From an uncultured Candidatus Saccharibacteria bacterium (lineage in GTDB: Bacteria; Patescibacteriota; Saccharimonadia; Saccharimonadales; JACQNP01): a DNA stretch of 64,000 nt. Shown in pieces: positions 1 to 7,338 of this stretch; the first letter of the stretch is position 1, and the number at the start of each line of letters is the position of its first letter. Position numbers and translations under genes: made by a program. The stretch lies in contig CAZSZC010000001.1 of assembly GCA_964610775.1 (NCBI GenBank), forward strand, positions 60,017 through 124,016, given 5' to 3'. The notes beneath the pieces were generated by a model. That model was not told the origin of the DNA, ran no database searches, and worked only from the letters and a program-made list of their open reading frames with translations.

Positions 1-266
1 AAGAAATTCCAGCAAAAGATCACGATGTAAAAAAGGCTGAATTTGCTGACAAAGCAAAGGCTGATGGCAAGCCTGCAAATATGATAGATAACATTGTTGA
101 AGGTATGTTAAAAAAACACTTCGCAGAGAAGTGTCTACTTGATCAGCCGTTCGTAAAGAATCCCGATATTACGGTTGGTGAATATGTTAAAGAACATAAT
201 GCCAAGCTCGGTGAAAATATTGTGATACGACGATTTAGTCGAATTGCACTTGGCGAAGTAGCTTAA
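1..266 (+). CDS. tsf: Elongation factor Ts, C-terminal fragment (5' end outside window)
   Basis: Frame 3 is open from the window edge. The translation ...GKPANMIDNIVEGMLKKHFAEKCLLDQPFVKNPDITVGEYV...RRFSRIALGE matches the conserved EF-Ts C-terminal region. It sits upstream of frr, as in the canonical tsf-(pyrH)-frr arrangement. Confidence 0.8.
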   Translation, partial: EIPAKDHDVKKAEFADKAKADGKPANMIDNIVEGMLKKHFAEKCLLDQPFVKNPDITVGEYVKEHNAKLGENIVIRRFSRIALGEVA

Positions 267-285
267 ATAGACAAGTTGATCCGCA

Positions 286-498
286 ATGGAAACATGTGAA
301 TATTGTCCCTTGCTCGACGTGAGCGACGGTGTTAATTCTATAGCATTTTTGCTAGTTACCCGCAGTCTAGTCAGGCGCGGCAAGGTAACTCTACAAGAAC
401 TTGAATCTGATGGTTTGAGCAATGAGCAGGTATTGGCAATAGGTGATTGCCTGGATGCGCAAAAAAGTGGTAAATGCCAAATAGTGGAGGCTGATTAA
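286..498 (+). CDS. Hypothetical small protein (70 aa)
   Basis: ATG-initiated ORF. Its stop overlaps the next ATG (TAATG at 496-500), which suggests translational coupling. No recognisable motif. Confidence 0.3.
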   Translation: METCEYCPLLDVSDGVNSIAFLLVTRSLVRRGKVTLQELESDGLSNEQVLAIGDCLDAQKSGKCQIVEAD

Positions 499-613
499 TG
501 ACCGCAGAATCATTAATCAGCATTGAAGCTGAGATGCTTAGACAACAAGGCTTTGCTGAGCATGTTGGCTCTACTAAAAACGAGACGTCGGCAATTTTTA
601 CACGAACATACTA
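498..613 (+). CDS. Small ORF (38 aa), possibly the 5' part of a frameshifted gene continuing in 578-976
   Basis: ATG at 498 overlaps the previous stop. The downstream frame is open from 578 with no start codon until the TTG at 668. See the frameshift finding. Confidence 0.25.
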
Positions 614-667
614 GAGTCTTTTCATTACGAAGAAGTTGACCAAACTGAAGTTGCGTTTTTCTTCGAT

Positions 668-976
668 TTGTTGCCAGTTCGTTCATTAATCAAGGTTTAT
701 CCAAATAAAGGCCAAACACTTAGAGTTGATCACTATTCTGATGAGTGGGTTCCGTGTAGTACTTATGAAAATGATTGGACGAGGTGTGTTCTGAGTGCGT
801 ATCTTGATTATGGCAATAGAGAGGAGCGCCAAGAGCAGATTGATATTGATTCGAATCTAAATACTGTATGGCTCAACTCAGGAGGTTGGTCGCTATCTGA
901 TGGTGTAGAACTTAACTTTGATAGCCATGGCCGACCAAACTTTCGCCTTATGATTGAAGTACCTGAGGCTAGCTAA
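668..976 (+). CDS. Hypothetical protein (102 aa from TTG; frame is open upstream to 578)
   Basis: ORF track. There is no Shine-Dalgarno or -10 box before the TTG. The in-frame upstream sequence reads like protein (KRDVGNFYTNILESFHYEEVDQTEVAFFFD). Confidence 0.35.
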   Translation: MLPVRSLIKVYPNKGQTLRVDHYSDEWVPCSTYENDWTRCVLSAYLDYGNREERQEQIDIDSNLNTVWLNSGGWSLSDGVELNFDSHGRPNFRLMIEVPEAS

Positions 977-1002
977 TGTTGGTGGTATAATTAACTTATA
1001 TT

Positions 1003-1299
1003 ATGAGGTTCAAACGGTTACACCAACAAACTCCAGAGAGTGGATCAGAAAGTGAAGTAGATCTTCAATTATCTGCCGAGTGCAGACTAGCCACAGTAAG
1101 AGATTTAAATGATAACGATGAGTTTACTCGTCGAGCTCTTGCTAGAGGCGCGACAGTGTTACCATTTCTGGGTGGCGGGCTTCCTGAGATTTCTGATTTT
1201 GATCCTGAAACATTTGGTCGATGTCTCGATGATATATTAGCCAGACTTCGTAATGCACCTGAATCTAGTAAAGAAGAATATCGATCTGAACATCTATAG
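1003..1299 (+). CDS. Small acidic hypothetical protein, tandem paralog A (98 aa)
   Basis: ATG is preceded by TGGTATAAT (-10 at 986-991). The C-terminal segment GGGLPEISDFDPETFGRCLDDILARLRN aligns with GGCIEVSFFEPEAFAEAVRKTLAARNE of the next ORF. Confidence 0.45.
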   Translation: MRFKRLHQQTPESGSESEVDLQLSAECRLATVRDLNDNDEFTRRALARGATVLPFLGGGLPEISDFDPETFGRCLDDILARLRNAPESSKEEYRSEHL

Positions 1300-1350
1300 T
1301 CGAATAGCTGTCGGCAAAGTTGCATAATAAGTGGTATACTCTAAACTGAT

Positions 1351-1602
1351 ATGAGATTTTTTAGCAGGTCAGAACGAGAAGTACACACTGGCTGCCCCGA
1401 ATTTGATTTAAATAGAACTGATTTAATTCGCGAAGAAAATCCGAAACTCACTAAAATAGCAGTTGATCACCCAGGAGATCTTATTCTTAACGATACGATT
1501 GGTGGATGTATCGAGGTATCATTTTTTGAACCAGAAGCCTTTGCTGAAGCTGTACGAAAAACTTTAGCTGCTCGTAATGAAGATGGAGGAAAGCGTAATT
1601 AA
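1351..1602 (+). CDS. Small acidic hypothetical protein, tandem paralog B (83 aa)
   Basis: ATG is preceded by TGGTATACT (-10 at 1335-1340). It shares the MRF start and the C-terminal F-[DE]-P-E-x-F motif with the 1003-1299 ORF. Confidence 0.45.
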   Translation: MRFFSRSEREVHTGCPEFDLNRTDLIREENPKLTKIAVDHPGDLILNDTIGGCIEVSFFEPEAFAEAVRKTLAARNEDGGKRN

Positions 1603-1603
1603 T

Positions 1604-2167
1604 ATGAGTCCAAGCCAAGTAATTGATGAAGCAAAAACCAAATTTAACGGTGCACTTGAGCATTATCGTGATGAGCTTAAAAAACTAAGGACAGGTAGGG
1701 CACATCCAAGCATGCTTGAGGGTGTTATGGTTGAAGCTTATGGATCACCGATGCCAATTATTCAGGTTGGCAGTATTTCGGCACCAGAAGCAACTTTATT
1801 ACAAATAACTCCATTTGATCCGAATAATCTGCAAGCAATAGCTGACGCGATTCGTAATAATCAAAGCCTTGGACTCAATCCAATGGATGATGGTCATGTC
1901 GTAAGAATCCCTGTACCGCCTCTCACGGAGGAGCGCCGCCGTGAGATCACCAAGCAAGTTGGTATCAAGCAGGAAGATTGCATGATTACACTTAGAAACA
2001 TACGTCATGAGGCTCTAGATACTATTGATCAAGCCAAGAAGGATAAAGATATTGGTGAAGACGAGGCGAAAAGACTTACCGCACAAATTGAGGATGCTAT
2101 AAACAAGGCCAAAAGCGAGGCTGAATCAATAGCCAAATCTAAAGAACAAGAACTCATGACCGTATAG
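1604..2167 (+). CDS. frr: Ribosome recycling factor
   Basis: MSPSQVIDEAKTKFNGALEHYRDELKKLRTGRAHPSMLEGV...ITPFDP...PPLTEERRRE is typical full-length RRF. I prefer the ATG at 1604 over the track start at 1577, which would overlap the upstream ORF. Confidence 0.9.
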   Translation: MSPSQVIDEAKTKFNGALEHYRDELKKLRTGRAHPSMLEGVMVEAYGSPMPIIQVGSISAPEATLLQITPFDPNNLQAIADAIRNNQSLGLNPMDDGHVVRIPVPPLTEERRREITKQVGIKQEDCMITLRNIRHEALDTIDQAKKDKDIGEDEAKRLTAQIEDAINKAKSEAESIAKSKEQELMTV

Positions 2168-2170
2168 CTA

Positions 2171-2467
2171 TTGGTATGGCTAAAACCCTTCGAAAAAAAA
2201 CTAGAGCTAAAAAAGACCGATATTTATAAATTAACATTGGTTGCTGCTTTTGTGCAGCCGCTTATGACGGTGCCACAGGTAGTGCAACTTTATAAGACAC
2301 AGAATTCATCTGGATTATCTCTTTTAACTTGGTTGGGCTATGCTGTTGTTGGTCTGGTTTTTTTGGCGTATGGAATTGTTTATAAACTTAAACCGATAGC
2401 CATTACTCAAGTCCTATGGTTTTCATTGCAGATGAGCACTGTCGTTGGTATTTTACTTTTTAGATGA
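2171..2467 (+). CDS. SemiSWEET / PQ-loop family 3-TM transporter (tentative)
   Basis: 98 aa with three hydrophobic helices. TM1 carries VPQVVQLYKTQNSSGLSLLTW, which resembles the PQ-loop motif (PQ...k.k...glS). TTG start lies 4 nt after the frr stop. Confidence 0.5.
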   Translation: MVWLKPFEKKLELKKTDIYKLTLVAAFVQPLMTVPQVVQLYKTQNSSGLSLLTWLGYAVVGLVFLAYGIVYKLKPIAITQVLWFSLQMSTVVGILLFR

Positions 2468-2523
2468 GGTGCAAGTAGAAGATATTTGTAGTTAAATATG
2501 ACTAAGACGGGCTCTGATAAACA

Positions 2524-3234
2524 ATGTATAATAATCCCCACATGTCATCACAATCAGTACCCACTCATGTTGGCTTTATATTAGATGGTAATCGTCGTTG
2601 GGCTAGAGAAAACGGCCTAAAAACACTCGAAGGTCATAAAAAAGGTCTCGAAAACCTAAACGAAATTGCTAAGCACTCCTTCAAAAGAGGTGTTACCTTT
2701 GTATCAGCTTACGTTTTTTCGATCGAGAACTGGAAAAGAACCGAAGAAGAAGTCGGATATCTTATGAATCTAGTTACAAAGGCGTTAGATGATTATCTAG
2801 ATACCTTCCATAAAGAAGGAATAAAAATTGTCATAATGGGCCGTCGTGATGGCCTTAGAGCAAAAGTTATTAAAGCAATTAATAAAGCCGAGGAGACCAC
2901 TCGCAATAACACTAATGGGACGATCGGATTATGTTTTAACTATGGTGGGCAAGAAGAGATTGCTGATGCGGTTCAGCAGATTATCAGCTTAAAACCAGAT
3001 ACTAAAGATGTGACAACTGACATGATTAGTTCTTATATATACGGTCCAGAGATTCCGCCAATTGATTTGGTAGTTCGCACATCTGGCGAGCAGCGACTGA
3101 GTGGCTTTATGCTGTGGCGGGCTAGTTATGCCGAGTTACTATTCACTGACAAGCATTGGCCTGCTTTTACAACTAATGACTTGGACGAGTCGCTCGAGTG
3201 GTACGCGAATAGGGAAAGGAGATTTGGTAAGTAA
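2524..3234 (+). CDS. uppS: Undecaprenyl-diphosphate synthase (cis-prenyltransferase)
   Basis: HVGFILDGNRRWA, FSIENWKR and RTSGEQRLSGFMLWRASYAEL are hallmark UPPS motifs. Confidence 0.9.
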   Translation: MYNNPHMSSQSVPTHVGFILDGNRRWARENGLKTLEGHKKGLENLNEIAKHSFKRGVTFVSAYVFSIENWKRTEEEVGYLMNLVTKALDDYLDTFHKEGIKIVIMGRRDGLRAKVIKAINKAEETTRNNTNGTIGLCFNYGGQEEIADAVQQIISLKPDTKDVTTDMISSYIYGPEIPPIDLVVRTSGEQRLSGFMLWRASYAELLFTDKHWPAFTTNDLDESLEWYANRERRFGK

Positions 3235-4361
3235 TGACAGTAGTTTTATTTGTTTTTGGGTTGCTTGCATTTATTGGGCTGGTAATTGTTCATGAGTGGG
3301 GGCACTTTATTGCTGCAAGACGAGGTGGTGTTGAAGTTGAAGAATTTGGAGTTGGTTTTCCGCCAAAAGCTCTAACCATCAAGAAAAAGCGGGGTACTGA
3401 ATATACCCTAAACTGGCTGCCGCTGGGTGGCTTCGTTAGGCTTAAGGGTGAACATGATGCCGATACCGAACCTGGTAGCTATGGCGCTGCGCAGCTGAGC
3501 ACAAAAGTTAAGATTATGTTGGCTGGTGTCGGTATGAATTTACTGACAGCGTTCATTCTATTTACGATCGTTGCGCTTATCGGCATGCCTAAACTTATAA
3601 ACGACCAATTTACAGTTGCATCAGACACAAAAATCACCAAACAAAATCTGTATGCTGGCTATGTTGATGAAAATTCCCCGGCCGCAAAGGCAGGCATAAA
3701 AGCTAAAGATCAGCTTGTATCAATCACAAATAAAGAAGGCGTAGTCAGTAAAATTAAGACCAAGGATAGTCTGCCAAACATAACTCACCAATCAGCCGGA
3801 GAGACAGTAACAATAAGCTACATAAGAAGCGGACAAACACACGAAACCACAGCAACATTACTTAGCGACCAAGAAGTTGAGGCGAGTAAAAAGACGGATA
3901 ATCCAAAAGGTTACCTAGGAATTGTACCAACAGATCTTACCTTGCAACGATCTACGTGGTCGGCGCCTATCGTAGCCGTAGGCACAATGAAGCAGCTCAC
4001 AGTCATCACATTTAAGGGTTTAGGTTCGATTGTTTCAGGCTTATCTAGAGGTGATACAAAGAAAGCCACTGAACAGGTATCTGGACCTATAGGTATATAT
4101 GTAGTCTTAAAAGATGGCAGCTCACTTGGTCTGGCTTTTGTATTAATGATAATAGCCGTAATATCACTAACTTTGGCTATTATGAATATTTTGCCAATCC
4201 CGGCACTGGATGGGGGTAGGTTGTTTGTTACTTTGCTTTACCGTGTTAGGCGCAAAAAGCTTACACCTAAGATCGAAGAACGCATTCATGGCACTGGCAT
4301 GGCGGTATTGTTGACACTTATTGCGCTGATAAGCATCGTTGACGTTAAAAGGTTTTTCTAA
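3234..4361 (+). CDS. rseP: RIP site-2 metalloprotease, M50 family (RseP-like) with PDZ
   Basis: HEWGHFIAARRGG (HExxH in TM1), a central PDZ-like segment, and NILPIPALDGG near the C-terminus. The ATG overlaps the uppS stop. Confidence 0.85.
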   Translation: MTVVLFVFGLLAFIGLVIVHEWGHFIAARRGGVEVEEFGVGFPPKALTIKKKRGTEYTLNWLPLGGFVRLKGEHDADTEPGSYGAAQLSTKVKIMLAGVGMNLLTAFILFTIVALIGMPKLINDQFTVASDTKITKQNLYAGYVDENSPAAKAGIKAKDQLVSITNKEGVVSKIKTKDSLPNITHQSAGETVTISYIRSGQTHETTATLLSDQEVEASKKTDNPKGYLGIVPTDLTLQRSTWSAPIVAVGTMKQLTVITFKGLGSIVSGLSRGDTKKATEQVSGPIGIYVVLKDGSSLGLAFVLMIIAVISLTLAIMNILPIPALDGGRLFVTLLYRVRRKKLTPKIEERIHGTGMAVLLTLIALISIVDVKRFF

Positions 4362-5144
4362 ATGCCTAACGAAGATCATGTGGATTCAACAAAATCTAGA
4401 ATTCGTAGATGGGGGCCAGCTAGTTCTATAGTAGTAACTGTTGGTGGTTTCGTTGTCTCGCAAATTATCGCAGCTATTGCTCTGGGATTATATGCAAATG
4501 TTAAGGGATTGAGTACATCTGACATTACAGGCTTAATGCAGTCGTCAGCCTGGCTTACGTTTGCGTTTAGCTTAACGGTGTATGGTCTTTATATCTTGCT
4601 CATTAAGTACTTTCTTAATTGGACGAAACATACATTTAAAGACGTTGGCTTGGTTATGCCAAAAAGTTTGCTCATTACTATCGCTTACATATTAGGTGGT
4701 TTTGTTGTTTACTTCGTATTAACATTATTTACAACCGCTATCATTAAAGCGGTTTTCTCATCTGTTAATTTCGATCAAAAACAAGATATTGGTTTTGATA
4801 CCGCTGCTTCTGGTATTGCGCTATTACCAACTTTCCTAGCACTTGTCGTAATACCGCCGGTGGTTGAGGAAATTGTCTGCAGAGGTTTTCTTTATACTGG
4901 CTTGCGTAATAAGCTATCAATAAGCGTCGCGGGAATTATTACAAGTATAATTTTTGCCTCAGCACATTTGCAGTGGGGTAGTGGCGCGCCGCTACTGTGG
5001 GCGGCTGCCATTGATACTTTTGTGCTATCGGCAGTTCTCGTATATGTTCGTGAGAAATCCGGTAGCTTAGCAGGGCCAATTGGTATACATATGCTCAAGA
5101 ATGGTTTGGCGTTCATGATGCTATTTATTTTGCACCTTGCCTGA
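4362..5144 (+). CDS. CPBP (CAAX) family intramembrane metalloprotease
   Basis: Polytopic membrane protein with EEIVCRGFLY (EExxxR) and FASAHL motifs, typical of Abi/CPBP proteases. Confidence 0.7.
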   Translation: MPNEDHVDSTKSRIRRWGPASSIVVTVGGFVVSQIIAAIALGLYANVKGLSTSDITGLMQSSAWLTFAFSLTVYGLYILLIKYFLNWTKHTFKDVGLVMPKSLLITIAYILGGFVVYFVLTLFTTAIIKAVFSSVNFDQKQDIGFDTAASGIALLPTFLALVVIPPVVEEIVCRGFLYTGLRNKLSISVAGIITSIIFASAHLQWGSGAPLLWAAAIDTFVLSAVLVYVREKSGSLAGPIGIHMLKNGLAFMMLFILHLA

Positions 5145-5264
5145 ACAAAGTCACATGCTATACTGGGGGCATGCAAAAGCACATGACAATTATCGTGTTT
5201 CCAACAACCCTCTATTAGGGCTGATGGTGTTTGCATAAAATAAATTCACAAAAGCATCATCAAG

Positions 5265-5285
5265 CCCCTCCCAAGAGGGGTTTTT
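5265..5285 (+). terminator. Rho-independent terminator-like hairpin
   Basis: CCCCTC (5265-5270), loop CCAA, GAGGGG (5275-5280), then TTTTT (5281-5285). It lies 30 nt upstream of the proS ATG. Confidence 0.55.
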
Positions 5286-5314
5286 ATTAAAACTAATCCA
5301 GAGAATTAAGAGAT

Positions 5315-6565
5315 ATGAGACTATCACAGTCATTCGTAAAAACGCGAAAACAGTTGCCTGCAGATGAGACCGCTCGTAATGCTCAGCTATTGATTCAAGC
5401 TGGCTTTATACATAAGGAAATGGCGGGTGTTTACGCCTACACGCCACTAGGGCTTAGGGTTCTTGAAAATATCAAGCAAATAGTTCGTGAAGAAATGGAC
5501 GCTATTGGTGGTCAAGAAGTTCAAATGACGGTATTGCAGCCAAAAGATATTTGGGAGAAAACAGATCGTTGGGATGATAAAAAAGTCGACAACTGGTTTA
5601 AGACTAAACTAGCAAACGGTACCGAACTTGGTGTTGGATTGACACACGAAGAACCAATCGTAGACTTATTAAAGGATTTTGTGAGCTCGTACAAGGATTT
5701 GCCGATCTATATTTATCAGATTCAATCAAAGTTTCGCAACGAGCTTAGAGCCAAAAGTGGTTTACTAAGAGGTCGTGAATTCGTTATGAAAGACATGTAC
5801 TCACTTGCCCGAACACAGGAAGAACATGATCAACTTTACGAAAAGGCTGCCGAGGCTTACGTAAGAGTTTATGAGCGTCTAGGGATAGGTGATAGTACAT
5901 ACAGAACATACGCCGATGGCGGTATATTTACTGAGAGATTTAGCGACGAGTTTCAAACAGTTAGCCCAATCGGTGAAGACACTATTTATGTGGATCAGAA
6001 GAATAAAGTTGCAGTTAATCAAGAAGTCTCTGATGATGAAAATATGAAAAAGATCGGGCTCAACAAGAAAGATCTTGTTGAAAAACGCGGTGTAGAGGTC
6101 GGTAATATCTTTCCATTAGAGAGTAAGTATTCTGATGGGCTTGATCTTTACTATGTTGACGAGAATGGACAACGACAATCAATTATAATGGGTTGTTACG
6201 GTATCGGTATTAGTCGCTTAGTTGGTCTTTTGGCTGAACATTTTGCAGATGATAAAGGTCTGGTTTGGCCCGAAAATATTGCACCAGCCAAAGTTTATTT
6301 GGCCAGACTGGGTGATTCGGCAGTGACCGTTAAATATGCTGATAAGTTGTATAAAAGATTGATGAACAAAGGAGTTGAAACGCTATATGATGATCGTGAT
6401 ATGCGGCCAGGTGAGAAATTTGCCGATGCAGACCTGATGGGCATACCACATCGAATAGTCATTAGTGATAAAACAATTGCTGCCGATAAGGTTGAATATA
6501 AGCAACGAACCGATGGTGATGCAAAGTTAATCAGCGAGGAAGAGTTTTTAGAAATCGTAAATTAG
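5315..6565 (+). CDS. proS: Prolyl-tRNA synthetase (short form without large INS editing domain)
   Basis: N-terminal MRLSQSFVKTRKQLPADE...AQLLIQAGFI...GVYAYTPLG and class II motifs (FRNE.R...GLLRGREF, GCYGIGISR). At 416 aa it is too short to include the bacterial insertion domain. Confidence 0.9.
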   Translation: MRLSQSFVKTRKQLPADETARNAQLLIQAGFIHKEMAGVYAYTPLGLRVLENIKQIVREEMDAIGGQEVQMTVLQPKDIWEKTDRWDDKKVDNWFKTKLANGTELGVGLTHEEPIVDLLKDFVSSYKDLPIYIYQIQSKFRNELRAKSGLLRGREFVMKDMYSLARTQEEHDQLYEKAAEAYVRVYERLGIGDSTYRTYADGGIFTERFSDEFQTVSPIGEDTIYVDQKNKVAVNQEVSDDENMKKIGLNKKDLVEKRGVEVGNIFPLESKYSDGLDLYYVDENGQRQSIIMGCYGIGISRLVGLLAEHFADDKGLVWPENIAPAKVYLARLGDSAVTVKYADKLYKRLMNKGVETLYDDRDMRPGEKFADADLMGIPHRIVISDKTIAADKVEYKQRTDGDAKLISEEEFLEIVN

Positions 6566-6606
6566 AGTTAAACCGAGGTGACATCAGGTTGTAGAAAAGG
6601 AGTAGT

Positions 6607-7062
6607 ATGAATAAACAATTTCACTTAACACAGGATGGGGTAAAAGAACTAGAAGCTGAATTGAAAGATCTCGTCGCACAGCGACCAGCTATTGCCGAAC
6701 GCATAAAGACAGCTCGAGAATTCGGAGATCTGAGCGAAAATGCTGAATACAGCTCTGCACGACAGGAACAGGAAAGAGTAGAGAGTCGGATTGCCGAAAT
6801 CGAAAACATCCTCCAGAACGTCGAAATTATCAAGAAGCCAAAGGGTGATAACAAAGTTCAGCTTGGTTCAAAAGTAACGCTAAAAAACGGTAGCACAAAA
6901 GAGTTTCAGGTTGTCGGTACGGTAGAAGCCGACCCACTCAATGGCAAGATATCTGACGAGTCACCAATTGGCCAGGCATTGCTAGGAAAGAAGGTTGGGG
7001 ACGAGGTAGAAATCACGACTCCAGCAGATACAACTACGTATAAAGTCACGGCGATTGCCTAG
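6607..7062 (+). CDS. greA: Transcription elongation factor GreA
   Basis: LT..G...L..EL..L...RP.I...I..ARE.GDLSENAEY..A...Q...E.RI..L is the GreA N-terminal coiled coil, followed by a C-terminal SPIG.ALLGKKVGD. SD AAAGGAG upstream. Confidence 0.9.
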   Translation: MNKQFHLTQDGVKELEAELKDLVAQRPAIAERIKTAREFGDLSENAEYSSARQEQERVESRIAEIENILQNVEIIKKPKGDNKVQLGSKVTLKNGSTKEFQVVGTVEADPLNGKISDESPIGQALLGKKVGDEVEITTPADTTTYKVTAIA

Positions 7063-7303
7063 CATGTCTATGGAAATGACAGTTTGGCTTGATGAAGAAC
7101 TGTGTAATAGTTGTGGTAACTGTGTTGATATCGCGCCTGAAGTATTCGAGCATGTTGATCGATTGGCTCATGTCAAAGAGAACGGTCAGGTTCTTGATTC
7201 GATGGGAGTGGCATTTGTGCCCCCATCTGAACATGATGTGGTTATCGCTGCCGCCGAAGAATGTCCTGGGGAAATAATTTACGTTAACACGGCAACGCAC
7301 TAG
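7055..7303 (+). CDS. Small single-cluster ferredoxin
   Basis: CNSCGNCVDIAPEVF ... ECPGEII gives the CxxCxxC...CP pattern of a one-cluster Fe-S ferredoxin. The track start is TTG 7055 (overlaps the greA stop); ATG 7064 is an equally plausible start. Confidence 0.7.
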   Translation: MPSMSMEMTVWLDEELCNSCGNCVDIAPEVFEHVDRLAHVKENGQVLDSMGVAFVPPSEHDVVIAAAEECPGEIIYVNTATH

Positions 7304-7338
7304 TAACAAAAGAGTAAATCTTATATTCTATTTATCAA

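Noticed and set aside
1577-1603. An upstream extension of frr (track start at 1577, MKMEESVIN...).
   Set aside because: It would overlap the preceding ORF by 26 nt, and the extra residues do not match RRF N-termini. ATG 1604 gives the canonical MSPSQVI... start.
3101-3295. Same-strand alternative-frame ORFs (3101-3295, 7089-7277, 10357-10569, 19277-19468, 21074-21304, 25541-25732, 30944-31147, 36283-36543, 45917-46156, 46546-46770).
   Set aside because: All are embedded in alternative frames of motif-supported genes, with no independent start signals. They are considered spurious.
5145-5314. A T-box riboswitch upstream of proS.
   Set aside because: I could not find the conserved T-box sequence (AGGGUGGNACCGCG-like) or a specifier-loop layout, and the region is short (about 115 nt). 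It is kept only as a generic attenuator/sRNA candidate.
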